Of a stretch of DNA of 64,000 nucleotides, positions 12,401-20,871 are shown piece by piece. A program made the position numbers and the translations under genes. Source of the DNA: a virus (lineage: Duplodnaviria > Caudoviricetes). Within the stretch, counting starts at the first letter, position 1. The number at the start of each line of letters is the position of its first letter. The stretch is from positions 23,332-87,331 of IMG/VR virus record IMGVR_UViG_3300005805_000001, one strand, 5' to 3'. The notes below the pieces were generated by a model. The model ran no database searches and had not been told where the DNA came from. It worked only from the letters and a program-made list of their open reading frames with translations.

Positions 12401-15400
12401 CCTTCAACCCCTATAGATTTTCCATGGGATCCAAGCATAAAGACGGTAGGTCAACTTGTAAAGAAATATGACTCGTTGCTTGCTGAAAGGATACGCACAC
12501 AGTATATCCCGGCAAGGAATTACCTTACACAACTGCAGGAGGGAAACAGGACCCTTGATACAAAAAGACTTGTAAAGGCGTTCAGGAAGATGCTTGAAAC
12601 AACAGGCGCTTCACAACAGCTTCTTGACTTCCTGCGCACCGATGATGCGGGATATCCGATTGAAAACTTCAACATGCCTCACATAGTGACGGCGTTTGAA
12701 CAACACTTCAACAACTACTTCAACAAGATATTCAGCCAGAAGGTTCCAGGTTACAAGACCACGCTTCAATCAGGATTCGGGCACAAACTCATCTATGATA
12801 CAAAAACAGGGAAACTGATCCCACGCAACGTGTATCTTGAGAATCCCTCGAAGTATGATAATGATCCGAACATAGGCACCCGTGATCTGGGCTTTGACAT
12901 TCCACACATTGTGGATGGCAAGGAAGTTTACAAGTATTCCGAGGTTATACTTCCATTCCATTTTGCCGAGCAATTCGGATTGAAACCTGGTGATGAGATT
13001 CCACTTGAGATTGCCGACATGTTCGGTACAAGGATTCCAAGTCAGGACAAACACTCGTCAAGGGTGTTGAGAGTTGTTGATGTTATGCCTGCTTCATACG
13101 GTTCAAACATGATATTCCCGCATGAACTGATTCTCTTGACAGGTTCTGACTTTGACGTTGACTCCTACTTTAACCAACGTTTTGACCACTATGTGAAAGA
13201 CGGTGAGTTCAGGGTGTATGGAAACAACAAGGATTCAAAATGGGATCAGTTCATGAAATGGAACATGGAGAACAACTCCATGCTCAGGGATGTGGCCAAG
13301 GAAATAAAACTTGAATACCCTGACACACCTGCCCAGGACATCTTTGCACAGGCATTGAAAACACTTGGTCTTCCTTCGACAGAAGAGGAGTTCAACAAGT
13401 CAGGAATGAGAAGCGTGGGTGAGATAAACAATGACATATTGCGTGCCAAGATGGTGTTGCATTCCAACCCTTCAATGGACAAGATCAATAAGACTCCTGC
13501 CACACTTGATGCGATTCAAAACAGCAATGGAACAGGTGTACTTGATCAACTTGCCACAAGACTCGGTTATGCATCATGGAAGCAACTTGAAAAATCATAC
13601 AATCCCACATCAATGATGGGAATGGTGAATGCCTTTGTAACAAACAAGGCAGGTAGCAAGGCGATTGGTGCGGCGGTTAACAATTCACAGGTGTATGCCG
13701 TACTTACACGATTCGGGCTTCAGACTGTGGAAGAAAACAAATCTACTCCTGAAGTCGAGATTTCAGGTTACAAGATAGGATCAATTTCCCCCAGTAACTT
13801 CCTGACGGAAGACGGTAAGAGAATCATGGACTTGTTGTCCACCCTTACTTCGTCAATGACAGATAACACAAAGTACGGTTACAACAGCAAGATGAACGTG
13901 GACATAAACACATTGTCCGTGGTGTCATTGATGACCATGAACAGGATTCCTTTGATGGATGCGGTCATGATGATCAATTCTGAATATGTACGTACCCTTG
14001 TAAAGGAATCACGCGGCTTTGCAATTCAAAATGAATCCGAGGCGAGCTATCAAAATGAAGCGTATGAACGTCTTATCAATGTCTTAAGGACCAAGGTAAA
14101 GGAACTTGATCCTACATTGTTGGATGAGTTTGAAAAACAGGAGAACATGCCTGTGACTGCCGAGGACCTTGCACTTGCAATGGACTTCAGTCCTGAACGC
14201 AAGGAATTCAAGACAGCCAAACCAGGACAAAGACCCGGATTGTTGATGAGGATTCCCGTTGAATATTATTTTGCTCAGATGAGGATCCTTTCGGCATACA
14301 ATACAATGTCGCAGAAGCATGTCGGCGAATACATTGCATTCAGCCAGATCATGAAACTGACCAAAGGCATATCCTCAAGCAACAAGGAGACAAGTTTCAA
14401 AGGTGATGAAGAGATAAAACAATACCTTGACACACTTGGTCTTCAACTTACGGTAACCCGTGAAGGATGGCGTGTTGAATATAAGAGCAAGGAGGCAAAG
14501 GAAAAACAAGTGTATGATTTCGCAAGTGTGATAAACAGCCACTTGATCACACTTGAAAACCTTGCGGTGTTTGGTGAAAAAGGCAGGATACAAAAGACTT
14601 ACTTCATTTCGCAGACAGATTTCTCAGAAGCGGTGAAGGAGCGCATCCTTGCGAACATCAATCCAAAACTAGGCAGGAAAAAGAAAGCCAAGGCGCTTGC
14701 CGCAATGAGGGACAACCTGTTGGGTTACATGATGATAAAGGCATGGCGTAAAAGGAACAATGTCACTGAGAACATGAATGCCTATATCTTTGATGACGTG
14801 GCAGAAAAAGAAGGACGCAAACCACTTGCCACATTTAAAGATGAGATAATTGCAGCCAATCGACATCTTGAAAACAACCTTGTATTCACACAGGTTTTCT
14901 TTGGAAACAAAAGTGGTATAAGCACTGCAAAATACAGTACATGGTCCAAAGGACAGAAAGGGTTTGAAGCCCTGTTGCTTGGTGACATGAGGCAGTTGGC
15001 AAACAGTGAGGCACGTCCATTGGTGCATCAGATGATAAAATACATGATTTCTAAGGATGCAATGTTGTTCAAGAATGACAGTCCGATATCCCTGATCAAT
15101 CCTTCTACATTGGGTGTGTACAACTTCTCGCAGTTATTGACCGAGATGACTCCAATGTTGAACCAGATGAATGACGCCCAGTTCCAGGAAATGTTTGGAA
15201 TGACAAAAAACGAACTTCTTGCCGAATTTACGGACATGTTCATGCGTGATGTCAACAACAGGGCTTATGTTCCTAGGGTAAAAAATGCTGAAATACTTGA
15301 GAACAGGGATACTGAAAAAGCCAAGACCGTGCATCCTGTGACCAAACTTGCAAATGGTGGATTCAAAGTCAACTTTGACGCAGGTTACCGGATGGTTGAC

Positions 15401-16291
15401 GAGGAGACTGGTGATGAGATCCGTCCTACTGATGATGTCAAGGCCAAACAGCAAATGCGGAATAAAATAATATTTGGTCAGTTTGGATTTGTACAGTCAT
15501 CTGATTCCTTTAAAAACAAAAAAGGTGAAACCAAACGGGCAAAAGCCTTTGAATTCCCAACTTATCTGCAAGCAGGACCTGTGTTGTATAAACTGGTTGC
15601 ATATGTAAAAGTGGAAAACCGTTTCAATAACACTGAACAACGCTATACCAGACCTGCTTTGAATGAAACAGTGTTCACTGGAATAGAAGCCGTATATCAG
15701 CCTGTTGAAAGATTCGGTGGAAAGTTCAATGGTGTTACCCTTAGTCCTTACGGACGTACCATTCAAGAGAATGATGAAAAATCGTTTGAAAAAGTCTTAA
15801 GCCAAAAGAAAGCAGAGGAAGATGTTGAAGACACTGATAATGAGGTTATTGACGAAACAACTGTCACTCCTTTGCCTCAGATAAATGCAGTACCTACGGC
15901 TGTTCCATCAACAGGAATAAAACCCGTACCTTTGCAACAACCCGGTAATCAAAAAGAAATGGAGCAAGGAGCACAGGCTATTGCAAACCTTAACATGTTA
16001 AGCGCCTCTACCGCTGATGCCAATGTTGCCTCAAGGGATAATATGATAAACTGGTTTGTAGGATTGAAAACCAAAAGGGATTCAAATGACGCTACTTGGA
16101 AACAGGATTACGCGCAATTCTATTTGAACCTTGAAGAGTCCAATTCTGAATTGGCAAAAATGTTTAAAACTCCTGGCAGTCCTATGCTCATAGGTATGCC
16201 AAAAAGTGGAATACCACTTGAAAATGTGATTGACATGCTTAGAAATATGAACCCCACACAAGTCGCAGAACTTGACAAATACCGTTGTTAA
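3401..16291 (+). CDS. giant virion RNA polymerase (crAss-like, two-barrel) with zincin-like HEXXH domain
   Basis: 4296 aa. GSDFDVD at nt 13148-13162 is preceded by RIPSQ; it also has DWFKRAKG and GDAQAY motifs, and HEAFH at nt 8672-8686. Size and position match crAss-like vRNAP genes. Confidence 0.88.
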   Translation: MADSKPINPGISFQDYVRYTDLRRDIIADPVKIKAESSQYDAGFILPQVNPEQALMDHRANAQPWEDKLGNGLMNMTSSAFTGALESTLGLVYGAGAALASGDASKFYNNEFGKSIDAFTEATREKYPFYYSKAEEDASLLSSLGTANFWYDKVLGGAGYTIGSMVTGMGAARAFNIGKNARLAQLSAEASAAETAGNLTAEAAKFARWDMGKQAALGFTIAHGESSMEARQTYEETKQNYEKLRSLAQMDPSNPEYADYLNLSDEKIEQLASDAADTNYLMNLAVTGPTNMMLLGKWINPGKQAAIRTYNEIGKRTAVDGATQYFDKVVTQKGRALLNVGSKFMKGFTLEGSQEGLQFASNKAAQEFVELHGLQGQDWFTSLTTGLAEGLGETLSTKEGLEAILVGGLVGGPFGMRGAGAERTAKDARTKILVDKLNSDPTFVQANPLVQKMLASTNSANNAETYLKNGDLFNAKNAADQSLNTYIKGQIDAGTTDYFVERLESIKQMDQTERDKFFGPGTTPAQVDQVIDKVRKLEGLYNSIETLYGTPGGTPEQKQRNTMLREMLFFSASTIKDVEGRMSNIVKELTAMANPQVAAIIAAREIAINMQKTITPESVPAGKDFEQYLAEMEDQAVKGYNALLTQFIKDNPVEASQTTQLFADLNQLDKRKQEFIKYYNELNDPEKAEALLKKTQETLEKTGERLQMEAEREKEKKTQGRTVLQDVDTFLPLNPDRKNEVTNKGQVLDISKLSNIQLDEMQKNLQQEETQGTQVLPELKAAIAKEIEFRTTTDQIRLGIKERLLGAVTPEQVDDIISQIANDGSFNVNAQEIEKLKKNLTEANEARIAQEAIAENMKNNFKGVNEFFHVFTTSEEEKRLVAQVTSDPELKNKVYFKLSTNPNPGTISNIGKAETNTLNPRLKKQSPNILIEVWTTLPDNTQARIGMMPWFGQYVNNVGNPIDIQNLTFDEYVNLFLPGLDKQKAAEFIASDPLKYDLEAFKRAHADMMDLYAGAQKLMENAIARQLSPGETRSLVGVSVSQGTYNFDDAPLSDFLNESTVNKPFVLNGTPVIISTSTFDGSVEFRPGKEILPTMTVASVLDADGNPVVLDVNGVGGLRAELLPALNALSQRVTQARVGENIYNKYWMIVEDPQGTVKIPGVEGSFDWRPVSPKSMTPQQVDEILNNLRATAEKHATLKDASEKDKNMAVLRNISNKLFIAVSSFDAVKSFKNVQIGFTLSPTNKLTLEVDFKFKPGNMPRNQAETADVNQGKVYMTVPDNIRTSQDLINWFNQELQKDQTLVYKPSMESKGTERVPFSMKGRLAPITHTSMRMNFSSGSAEQRRGIRAINPTNVWDSFSVNVSRLNPRVDQKVVVQPVRTAAGAAMAQMARTSSTPPVTATPQTVTLAPGLTSGQGEVAPTTPVSTDIITDNIYNNFVDKNIVPENVLNFIADKVINRSALSQKEIAIFNGKTSEINKIIRNKAALGAPTTPAAPAAIMTMERLNQVWDDIRNGKPVDSFFNEFKEGYGSKYLFVEDLKDWFENKTNTKVAVTTTPGRIAPNAAAAPTTTTTIDAEKAKITSSEFTELKRLAKFFLENPKEPTVSGSVVTRYPTLFKTVTDIEKRRQKELEGEKYFVKTNAEGLKAAKEFVDRVNAKYDAELDALGAAPAQERPSRRKSAGGDAFTGANSIGTYDEGEVIDRETAIENIKGLLPEFISIGELLPTLEALRDGRITFGSFYNNMVRLASKLVKGREYHEAFHAVFRTMFTDKQLDALYKEAKALMISEFKKQGKTFVQAYAEWKEDRIDYESLPESIKKDLFIEEWMADEYPKWREGKSVVPKKSTTLLGKIFNAIKRFADWLTGTPTLGEVFQSLDEGKFSGAKNPVMNRFTSGKIDTMARSQIYVGNRMGTNGITYASYLDPSLEMVLVNTIASRVMEAQKTNPEAPADYLIEMEILKLGDKFNVDDPIYNPIADNPSYNDVFEKVQDLDFLFNDNTEHAIEVTKMIDGKQTVVTEKRNFGKEARTMFKDKIKKQLDEYSVDDYSFDANEDNADGESNTTERNFDQNFENKGGFTSLSQFLRKYIGQTTYNTTLDEFFGLEPGSVFGGEVITVAVNPKKVYNGLTKLTANQLSPEKVLRKLAYAARESSESGRFAGKFLEEAGISFDQNGVLTYDKDKTALIQSVVKGFSNVRLNYLFTQFDRFYGKEEQPFARVFMANTRGMDVQQLEAWSNQFNVLTKRNGKTEMTRRAENVRGMQHLELTSRIDDAVVEQVVTALKSDLEGLGISLSRMYLKYLVLQNRVQKSEAQRQFIEEFEKEVQVNAKDVHESLIRVVQSIAKGGVPFERKQEKPSEEDMSAVTRLRKIAMDNAVFDENVSITTMVNADGKNIYPYQKANYHVQRMLELQEIDFTQTDEDGNLLYPSEVHSEQPNQDYVLNNYLLNNPDFREMLKSAKIDRIDGMKQTTLEERGGDLKVVMDGKDREGATYGGMTERELMLQFYSLFADSSTDTKVNFTMPDGSVERRNVPSRRMAFNIMEASNTLDVLNMPVQTVYQNGKLTDKFKQAVIDNIARELNRINKVRAGEYVDINGNPIDYVNFNSYNSADKLRGLKFWENERLLSSIGIKNQLESGEISLEEALPIILDGMDTFFNNELAEHMEALKDAGILKEDGTNRLLPGKFTGIGIVDSTGKSDTMFSTVMTDNIGNAYFNMYLNATAIDQILMGDPALTLKDSTDWFKRAKGNNAAGDNMLHFDPANNAPVKTLVFGRETDKGTFDDFVNTDYVKEERIYKKGSKEYNDFAASLPEEEREAFLAKDAEEIKVGDAQAYTSVAGMLRFQTNLGRMTTRGEAIYKSIMDGKKLTQEDWEYLKDNGLMLNSQKFVYYDGVTYVKMSIVPLTPEYTTTPAGTPIKGMEFLHNLRIQMEANNIEMAGQPSMMKKMIRNPLVIGEGQTDFVISPENVIDLDLRYLRLQQENPSNKTTIKDPTQMIHLIAAEQDPSTPIDFPWDPSIKTVGQLVKKYDSLLAERIRTQYIPARNYLTQLQEGNRTLDTKRLVKAFRKMLETTGASQQLLDFLRTDDAGYPIENFNMPHIVTAFEQHFNNYFNKIFSQKVPGYKTTLQSGFGHKLIYDTKTGKLIPRNVYLENPSKYDNDPNIGTRDLGFDIPHIVDGKEVYKYSEVILPFHFAEQFGLKPGDEIPLEIADMFGTRIPSQDKHSSRVLRVVDVMPASYGSNMIFPHELILLTGSDFDVDSYFNQRFDHYVKDGEFRVYGNNKDSKWDQFMKWNMENNSMLRDVAKEIKLEYPDTPAQDIFAQALKTLGLPSTEEEFNKSGMRSVGEINNDILRAKMVLHSNPSMDKINKTPATLDAIQNSNGTGVLDQLATRLGYASWKQLEKSYNPTSMMGMVNAFVTNKAGSKAIGAAVNNSQVYAVLTRFGLQTVEENKSTPEVEISGYKIGSISPSNFLTEDGKRIMDLLSTLTSSMTDNTKYGYNSKMNVDINTLSVVSLMTMNRIPLMDAVMMINSEYVRTLVKESRGFAIQNESEASYQNEAYERLINVLRTKVKELDPTLLDEFEKQENMPVTAEDLALAMDFSPERKEFKTAKPGQRPGLLMRIPVEYYFAQMRILSAYNTMSQKHVGEYIAFSQIMKLTKGISSSNKETSFKGDEEIKQYLDTLGLQLTVTREGWRVEYKSKEAKEKQVYDFASVINSHLITLENLAVFGEKGRIQKTYFISQTDFSEAVKERILANINPKLGRKKKAKALAAMRDNLLGYMMIKAWRKRNNVTENMNAYIFDDVAEKEGRKPLATFKDEIIAANRHLENNLVFTQVFFGNKSGISTAKYSTWSKGQKGFEALLLGDMRQLANSEARPLVHQMIKYMISKDAMLFKNDSPISLINPSTLGVYNFSQLLTEMTPMLNQMNDAQFQEMFGMTKNELLAEFTDMFMRDVNNRAYVPRVKNAEILENRDTEKAKTVHPVTKLANGGFKVNFDAGYRMVDEETGDEIRPTDDVKAKQQMRNKIIFGQFGFVQSSDSFKNKKGETKRAKAFEFPTYLQAGPVLYKLVAYVKVENRFNNTEQRYTRPALNETVFTGIEAVYQPVERFGGKFNGVTLSPYGRTIQENDEKSFEKVLSQKKAEEDVEDTDNEVIDETTVTPLPQINAVPTAVPSTGIKPVPLQQPGNQKEMEQGAQAIANLNMLSASTADANVASRDNMINWFVGLKTKRDSNDATWKQDYAQFYLNLEESNSELAKMFKTPGSPMLIGMPKSGIPLENVIDMLRNMNPTQVAELDKYRC

Positions 16292-16294
16292 AAA

Positions 16295-19200
16295 ATGGCT
16301 TTAAACTGTCCAAACAAATCATGGCCCGCCTATAAGGAGATGGAGGCCAAGCATGGCGAAGATGCGGCATATGACGCGTTCAGGTTCAATGGTTATAAGA
16401 TGTTCAACTCCGTACAGGAGGCTGAACTCTTGATAGCCAAGAAGAAAGCCTTTGACCTGAAATATGTATCAGATATAAAGAAACGTGTAATCGAGGTCTT
16501 GCAATTCCAGATCAGCAGGTATCAGGGAAGACCTTCGGCTGCAAGCCGTGAATATGTGCAGAACATAACCTCAATCATTGAGGAAATAAAGTCCAACAAT
16601 GACCTTGTGGGAATCATGCGTCTTCTGGAATTGTCTTCTGAAAAAAGCAACGCGGTGTTTCAAAGAATCACCGAAATACAACAGCAATACCCGAACGGGT
16701 TTGACAACCTTACACAAGAGGAAGTTGCACGTGTCGCTGAAACCATGCAGGAAATACGTGTGTTCATGAGTACCTATGACATCATAGATGAAATAGAGAC
16801 GGTATTCCCTGACAACAGTCCTGTTATGCAAACCCTTTCAAACCTGAGGATGAACAGGAAAAACATCATTCGCAGGTACAAGGACATGCATGAGGAGGTT
16901 CTTGCGTCATGGCTTGCCAGTCAGGTTGAACGTGTGAATAAGAACCTTTCTTCCGATGACCAGAAACAGTATTTCATTACCAAGACGAGGATCAAGGAAC
17001 TTTTGAACAGTGCTGTAGCCGATATAAACGTAGTGGAAAAAATGCTTGGCACGCAAGCAAACTCAAAAGATCCGCTTACAGGACTTATTGCCGCCCGTAT
17101 AAAGGAAGAGTCTTTTGCAGTACGTCAGGAAAATGTCGATGTGACTGATACCCTTCTTGGTTTGTACAAAGCCACGGGAGGTTCAAACAATCCTGATGAA
17201 TTCAATAAACAGTACATGAGAAGGGCACAGAACTTCGAGTTTGTACATAAGATGGAGAATGGGCAGTATGTATATGACAAGGATGGAAAAGCCGTTGGTG
17301 AATGGAAATATGTACCAAGGTTGGCCATAATAACGGAATTCAACGAGGATCAATATGCAAAGGAACTGAAGGAATTTAAAGCTTCATTACCTCCCGGAGC
17401 TGAAGAAGCGGCAATACAAAGACGTATGAAAATGATACGTGACTGGAGAAAAGCCAATACACAATTGCGTCAGGATCCTTCACGTCTGATAGAGCAACGC
17501 CGTAAAAACCTTACACCCCTTGAATTTGACAGATGGTTTGCTGAAAACACGGTAAGGATTGAGATAAAACATTACAGTAACGGGAGTACAAACATGGATT
17601 ACCATGATCCCGCCACGATACACAGCACGTCAAAAGACGGAAAAAGTTTTGTGATTTACCGCGACATATCGGAGTTCTACCGTCCTGCGGACAAGTACAG
17701 GAACAAGGATTTTGCAAGATTGATGGCAACTGATCCTTATTTCAGGGAACTGCATAATGCATACCAGGTTGCAAACCAGCGCGTGCATCCGTTGAAAAGG
17801 CTTAAGTATGGAATCATTCCACAAAAAAGGAAGAAGGGTTATGACAAGTACATAACGGGTAATGGTGAAACAGTATGGACAAACATACGTGATGATTTCA
17901 ATCATGCTACGAATGTCGAGACTTACGATACGGTATATGGACTTCAAAGTCCTGATGGAAAAGACCTTAACAACATTCCGATTTATTTTACAGACCTCCT
18001 TGATGAAAGAGAATTGAGCACCGATCTTTTGGAGTCGGTACTTGATTATTACCAAATGGCCAATAATTTCAATTCAATGAGCAAGATTGAACCTTTCATT
18101 GAGATGGTATATGACGCCATAAAAGGTAATGAGATTGTGGATATAAAGCCAAGAAATGTCCAGACACTTACAGCCAAAGGTGATGTTAAAAAAGACAGGA
18201 GTACAAAACGTCCCATCATGTCAAGGACACAGAATGTCAATGAGGCGTTGATTGAGTTTCTTGACAAGGTTGTATACGGTGAGTATGAGATTCAATCAAT
18301 CATGCAAGTCGGTGAAAGAGAGATAAGTAAAAACAAGATTGCCGCAAATGTCATGAAGATGACATCCCTTAACGGCCTTGCCTTCAACATAAACTCGTTT
18401 TTCAACAACTCCCTGATAGGTAACTTTACCATGTTGATAGAATCGGTTGGCGGCAAGAATTTCAACCTTAAGAATTTCATAAGTGCGGAAAGTGTATTTT
18501 TCAAGGAACTTCCTTCCGTAATGAATGACGTTGCAAAAGGACATCCTACAAGCAAACTCGGTAAACTAGTCATAAGATATGATGCCATTCAAGGTGAGTT
18601 TGAGGATAACATGGGTAACAACATTTCAGGCAATGCCTTGAAAAGGACTTTCAGTACTGATGCGCTTTTCTTCCTTACCAAGGGTGCTGAATACCAGATC
18701 CAGGCTACCGGACTTATCGCCATGATGAAGAACCAAAAAGTAAAAACAAAAGGTGGAGCGGAGATATCCTTGTGGGATGCATATGACCAGAACGGTAACC
18801 TCAGGTCTGATGTATTGTGGTCAAAGGAACAACAGTTCCAATTTACACAACGTCTTCATGCTGTAAACAAAAGCATGCATGGTGTATATAATAATTTTGA
18901 CAGTCCGACCTTGCAACGCAGATGGTATGGTAAACTGGCATTGCTTTTCAGGAAATGGATCTATAGTGGATTCCAAAGAAGATGGTCAAGTGAGTTCCAT
19001 AACATGGAAAACGGGGATGTTGAACAGGGATATTACAACCTGTTCTTTAGAAAATTATTGACGGATATCAAACAGGGACGTCTTGACATATTGCTGGGGT
19101 CAGGTTTAAGTCCCCGTCAAAGGGAGGCCCGTGCAAAGGCATTATCTGAAGTCCTTGTAATGACTGCAGCTTGGTTGCTGTACGCAGGATTAAAAGGTGA

Positions 19201-19543
19201 TGATGACGATGAACCTAATTCCTGGTTACAGGATCAGGTTATCCTCCAATCAAGAAGACTTGCGGGGGATTTCATGTTCTTTACTCCTGTAAATCCCATG
19301 GAGTGGATGCGTGTACTTAGGAGCCCAACCGTATCAATGACTTACATTGAAAAACTTTCCAGGTTCTTTACACAATTGATATTCAATCCATTTGAACAAT
19401 ATGAACGTAAGACATCAGGTTATCAAAAAGGTGATTACAAACTGGAAAAAAGGTTTGATGACGTACTGCCTATCTATAACCAGATAATGAATGCGATGTA
19501 TCCTGAAGACCAATTGTCGGTATACAAGAAAACCGGTGGTTAA
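16295..19543 (+). CDS. large virion/ejection protein downstream of the vRNAP
   Basis: 1082-aa helical ORF starting 3 nt after the vRNAP stop; last gene of the + block. Confidence 0.6.
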   Translation: MALNCPNKSWPAYKEMEAKHGEDAAYDAFRFNGYKMFNSVQEAELLIAKKKAFDLKYVSDIKKRVIEVLQFQISRYQGRPSAASREYVQNITSIIEEIKSNNDLVGIMRLLELSSEKSNAVFQRITEIQQQYPNGFDNLTQEEVARVAETMQEIRVFMSTYDIIDEIETVFPDNSPVMQTLSNLRMNRKNIIRRYKDMHEEVLASWLASQVERVNKNLSSDDQKQYFITKTRIKELLNSAVADINVVEKMLGTQANSKDPLTGLIAARIKEESFAVRQENVDVTDTLLGLYKATGGSNNPDEFNKQYMRRAQNFEFVHKMENGQYVYDKDGKAVGEWKYVPRLAIITEFNEDQYAKELKEFKASLPPGAEEAAIQRRMKMIRDWRKANTQLRQDPSRLIEQRRKNLTPLEFDRWFAENTVRIEIKHYSNGSTNMDYHDPATIHSTSKDGKSFVIYRDISEFYRPADKYRNKDFARLMATDPYFRELHNAYQVANQRVHPLKRLKYGIIPQKRKKGYDKYITGNGETVWTNIRDDFNHATNVETYDTVYGLQSPDGKDLNNIPIYFTDLLDERELSTDLLESVLDYYQMANNFNSMSKIEPFIEMVYDAIKGNEIVDIKPRNVQTLTAKGDVKKDRSTKRPIMSRTQNVNEALIEFLDKVVYGEYEIQSIMQVGEREISKNKIAANVMKMTSLNGLAFNINSFFNNSLIGNFTMLIESVGGKNFNLKNFISAESVFFKELPSVMNDVAKGHPTSKLGKLVIRYDAIQGEFEDNMGNNISGNALKRTFSTDALFFLTKGAEYQIQATGLIAMMKNQKVKTKGGAEISLWDAYDQNGNLRSDVLWSKEQQFQFTQRLHAVNKSMHGVYNNFDSPTLQRRWYGKLALLFRKWIYSGFQRRWSSEFHNMENGDVEQGYYNLFFRKLLTDIKQGRLDILLGSGLSPRQREARAKALSEVLVMTAAWLLYAGLKGDDDDEPNSWLQDQVILQSRRLAGDFMFFTPVNPMEWMRVLRSPTVSMTYIEKLSRFFTQLIFNPFEQYERKTSGYQKGDYKLEKRFDDVLPIYNQIMNAMYPEDQLSVYKKTGG

Positions 19544-19550
19544 TGGTTTG

Positions 19551-19586
19551 AAAAAGGGGGGAATCAAATCCCCCCTTTCTTTTTTT
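19551..19586. terminator. bidirectional intrinsic terminator between convergent blocks
   Basis: AAAGGGGGGA-ATCAAA-TCCCCCCTTT stem flanked by an A-tract and a T-tract, exactly where the + and - gene blocks converge. Confidence 0.85.
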
Positions 19587-20226
19587 GCATCTTTTTAGAA
19601 TAGTCCCTATAACCGGTACCCAAAAGGCTTTTGAGTTTCCTGGTGACTATGTAACTGGATATGCCCGTCTCGCGGGATATCCTGCTTATGCTTGTGCCTT
19701 TTTTCACATAATCAAGAAGTTTGCTGGAATCCTCCTGCCTTTTACCTTCTATTCCAAGGGATGTTATAACCCTTGATATTGAACCGTCAAGTATTGACTG
19801 GCTGTTGGAGATCTTGAACTTATCATTTATCTCCTTGTAAGTATAACCCGCAAGCCTCATGTTGAACATGGCGGCTTCCGTCTTGTCAAGTGCATTGACT
19901 GCTTTGGAAAGTTCCTGGTTGAACAGTTTAGGTTCCACAAGGGAATCATTATAGGAAGTGTCAAGTATGAACTCATCCACGTTTGTCTCCCGCATGCTCC
20001 TGTTAAGGTCCTTAAGTGTCCAGAACACAAGGTTTCTTATCACCTGTTCCAGTTTCTTTTCTTCGTAGTCTTTGAACTTTTCCTTGTAATGCACATATGA
20101 AATATAAGCATCATGCACTATGTCTTCAGCCTTGTAGCCTTTGACCATGAGCCATGGCATCCTGTACAACAGGTTGCTTGCATATGTGTGCAGATCCTTG
20201 TAATTCCTTATGAATATGTCCATCAT
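19564..20226 (-). CDS. sigma-70/ECF-like factor with an extra C-terminal HTH
   Basis: Region-2-like AEDIVHDAYISY, region-4-like AAMFNMRLAGYTYKEINDKF, and a second HTH-like segment SISRISRETGIS. Confidence 0.65.
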   Translation of the reverse strand: MMDIFIRNYKDLHTYASNLLYRMPWLMVKGYKAEDIVHDAYISYVHYKEKFKDYEEKKLEQVIRNLVFWTLKDLNRSMRETNVDEFILDTSYNDSLVEPKLFNQELSKAVNALDKTEAAMFNMRLAGYTYKEINDKFKISNSQSILDGSISRVITSLGIEGKRQEDSSKLLDYVKKGTSISRISRETGISSYIVTRKLKSLLGTGYRDYSKKMQKKKGGI

Positions 20227-20229
20227 AAT

Positions 20230-20262
20230 TAAAAAGACACGGAATTACGGTCCCGTGTCTTT
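20230..20262 (-). terminator. intrinsic terminator upstream of the sigma-like gene
   Basis: Minus strand AAAGACACGG-(10 nt)-CCGTGTCTTTTT directly after the 20266 stop. Confidence 0.65.
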
Positions 20263-20265
20263 GAG

Positions 20266-20871
20266 TTAAGGAGCTTCCCACAAGCTCAGATCGAGATTTG
20301 TGGGGCTCTTGATTTTACAACTCTTCGTATAGGTCTCCTTCAGGAGATCCAACGCACTGGCAACTTCCGCCTCTTCGGGCAAAGCCACATCCAACTCCTC
20401 TTCCAATTGCCTTTTCTTTTCCAAATCCCTATACAACACCTTGTATACCTGGCTGCTGGGACCTAGGGCATAGAACTTAAGTATCTTTCTTTTGAGTTCA
20501 ATGCTTATTTGACTATAACGGGAATCCCGAAACTTATGGAAATCCTCAAGCCAATGAGCAGGAATGTCAAAATAGAATATGGTAGTGAACTTGTCTGGAT
20601 CAAACATGCCCCTGAATTCAGGTAACTGTTTGAAATTGTTCTCCAACCGTGCGAAACTTCCGTCCATGTCCTGGTATTCATACAGCAGGAATATGGTATC
20701 CTTCTCTTCAGGCATCTCTTCACAAAACAGATAGGCGTTCAGCAGAAGATGTACCTGCATATAGATGGGATCCAAGTCAAGCATGGGAGGAAGAAAGACG
20801 TAGGACTTGGTCCTTTCTTTGGGTTCAAAGCGTCTTTTCCTCATATCCCTTTTTATTGCAAAGTTAAACAT
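20266..20871 (-). CDS. hypothetical protein (true start possibly ATG at 20844)
   Basis: ORF with gene-like packing in the replication block. Confidence 0.55.
   Translation of the reverse strand: MFNFAIKRDMRKRRFEPKERTKSYVFLPPMLDLDPIYMQVHLLLNAYLFCEEMPEEKDTIFLLYEYQDMDGSFARLENNFKQLPEFRGMFDPDKFTTIFYFDIPAHWLEDFHKFRDSRYSQISIELKRKILKFYALGPSSQVYKVLYRDLEKKRQLEEELDVALPEEAEVASALDLLKETYTKSCKIKSPTNLDLSLWEAP

Noticed and set aside
3445-19061. Many 60-200-aa antisense and off-frame ORFs inside the large + strand genes, and similar shadows elsewhere
   Set aside because: They are shadow ORFs fully overlapping strong genes, with no recognisable motifs or leaders.
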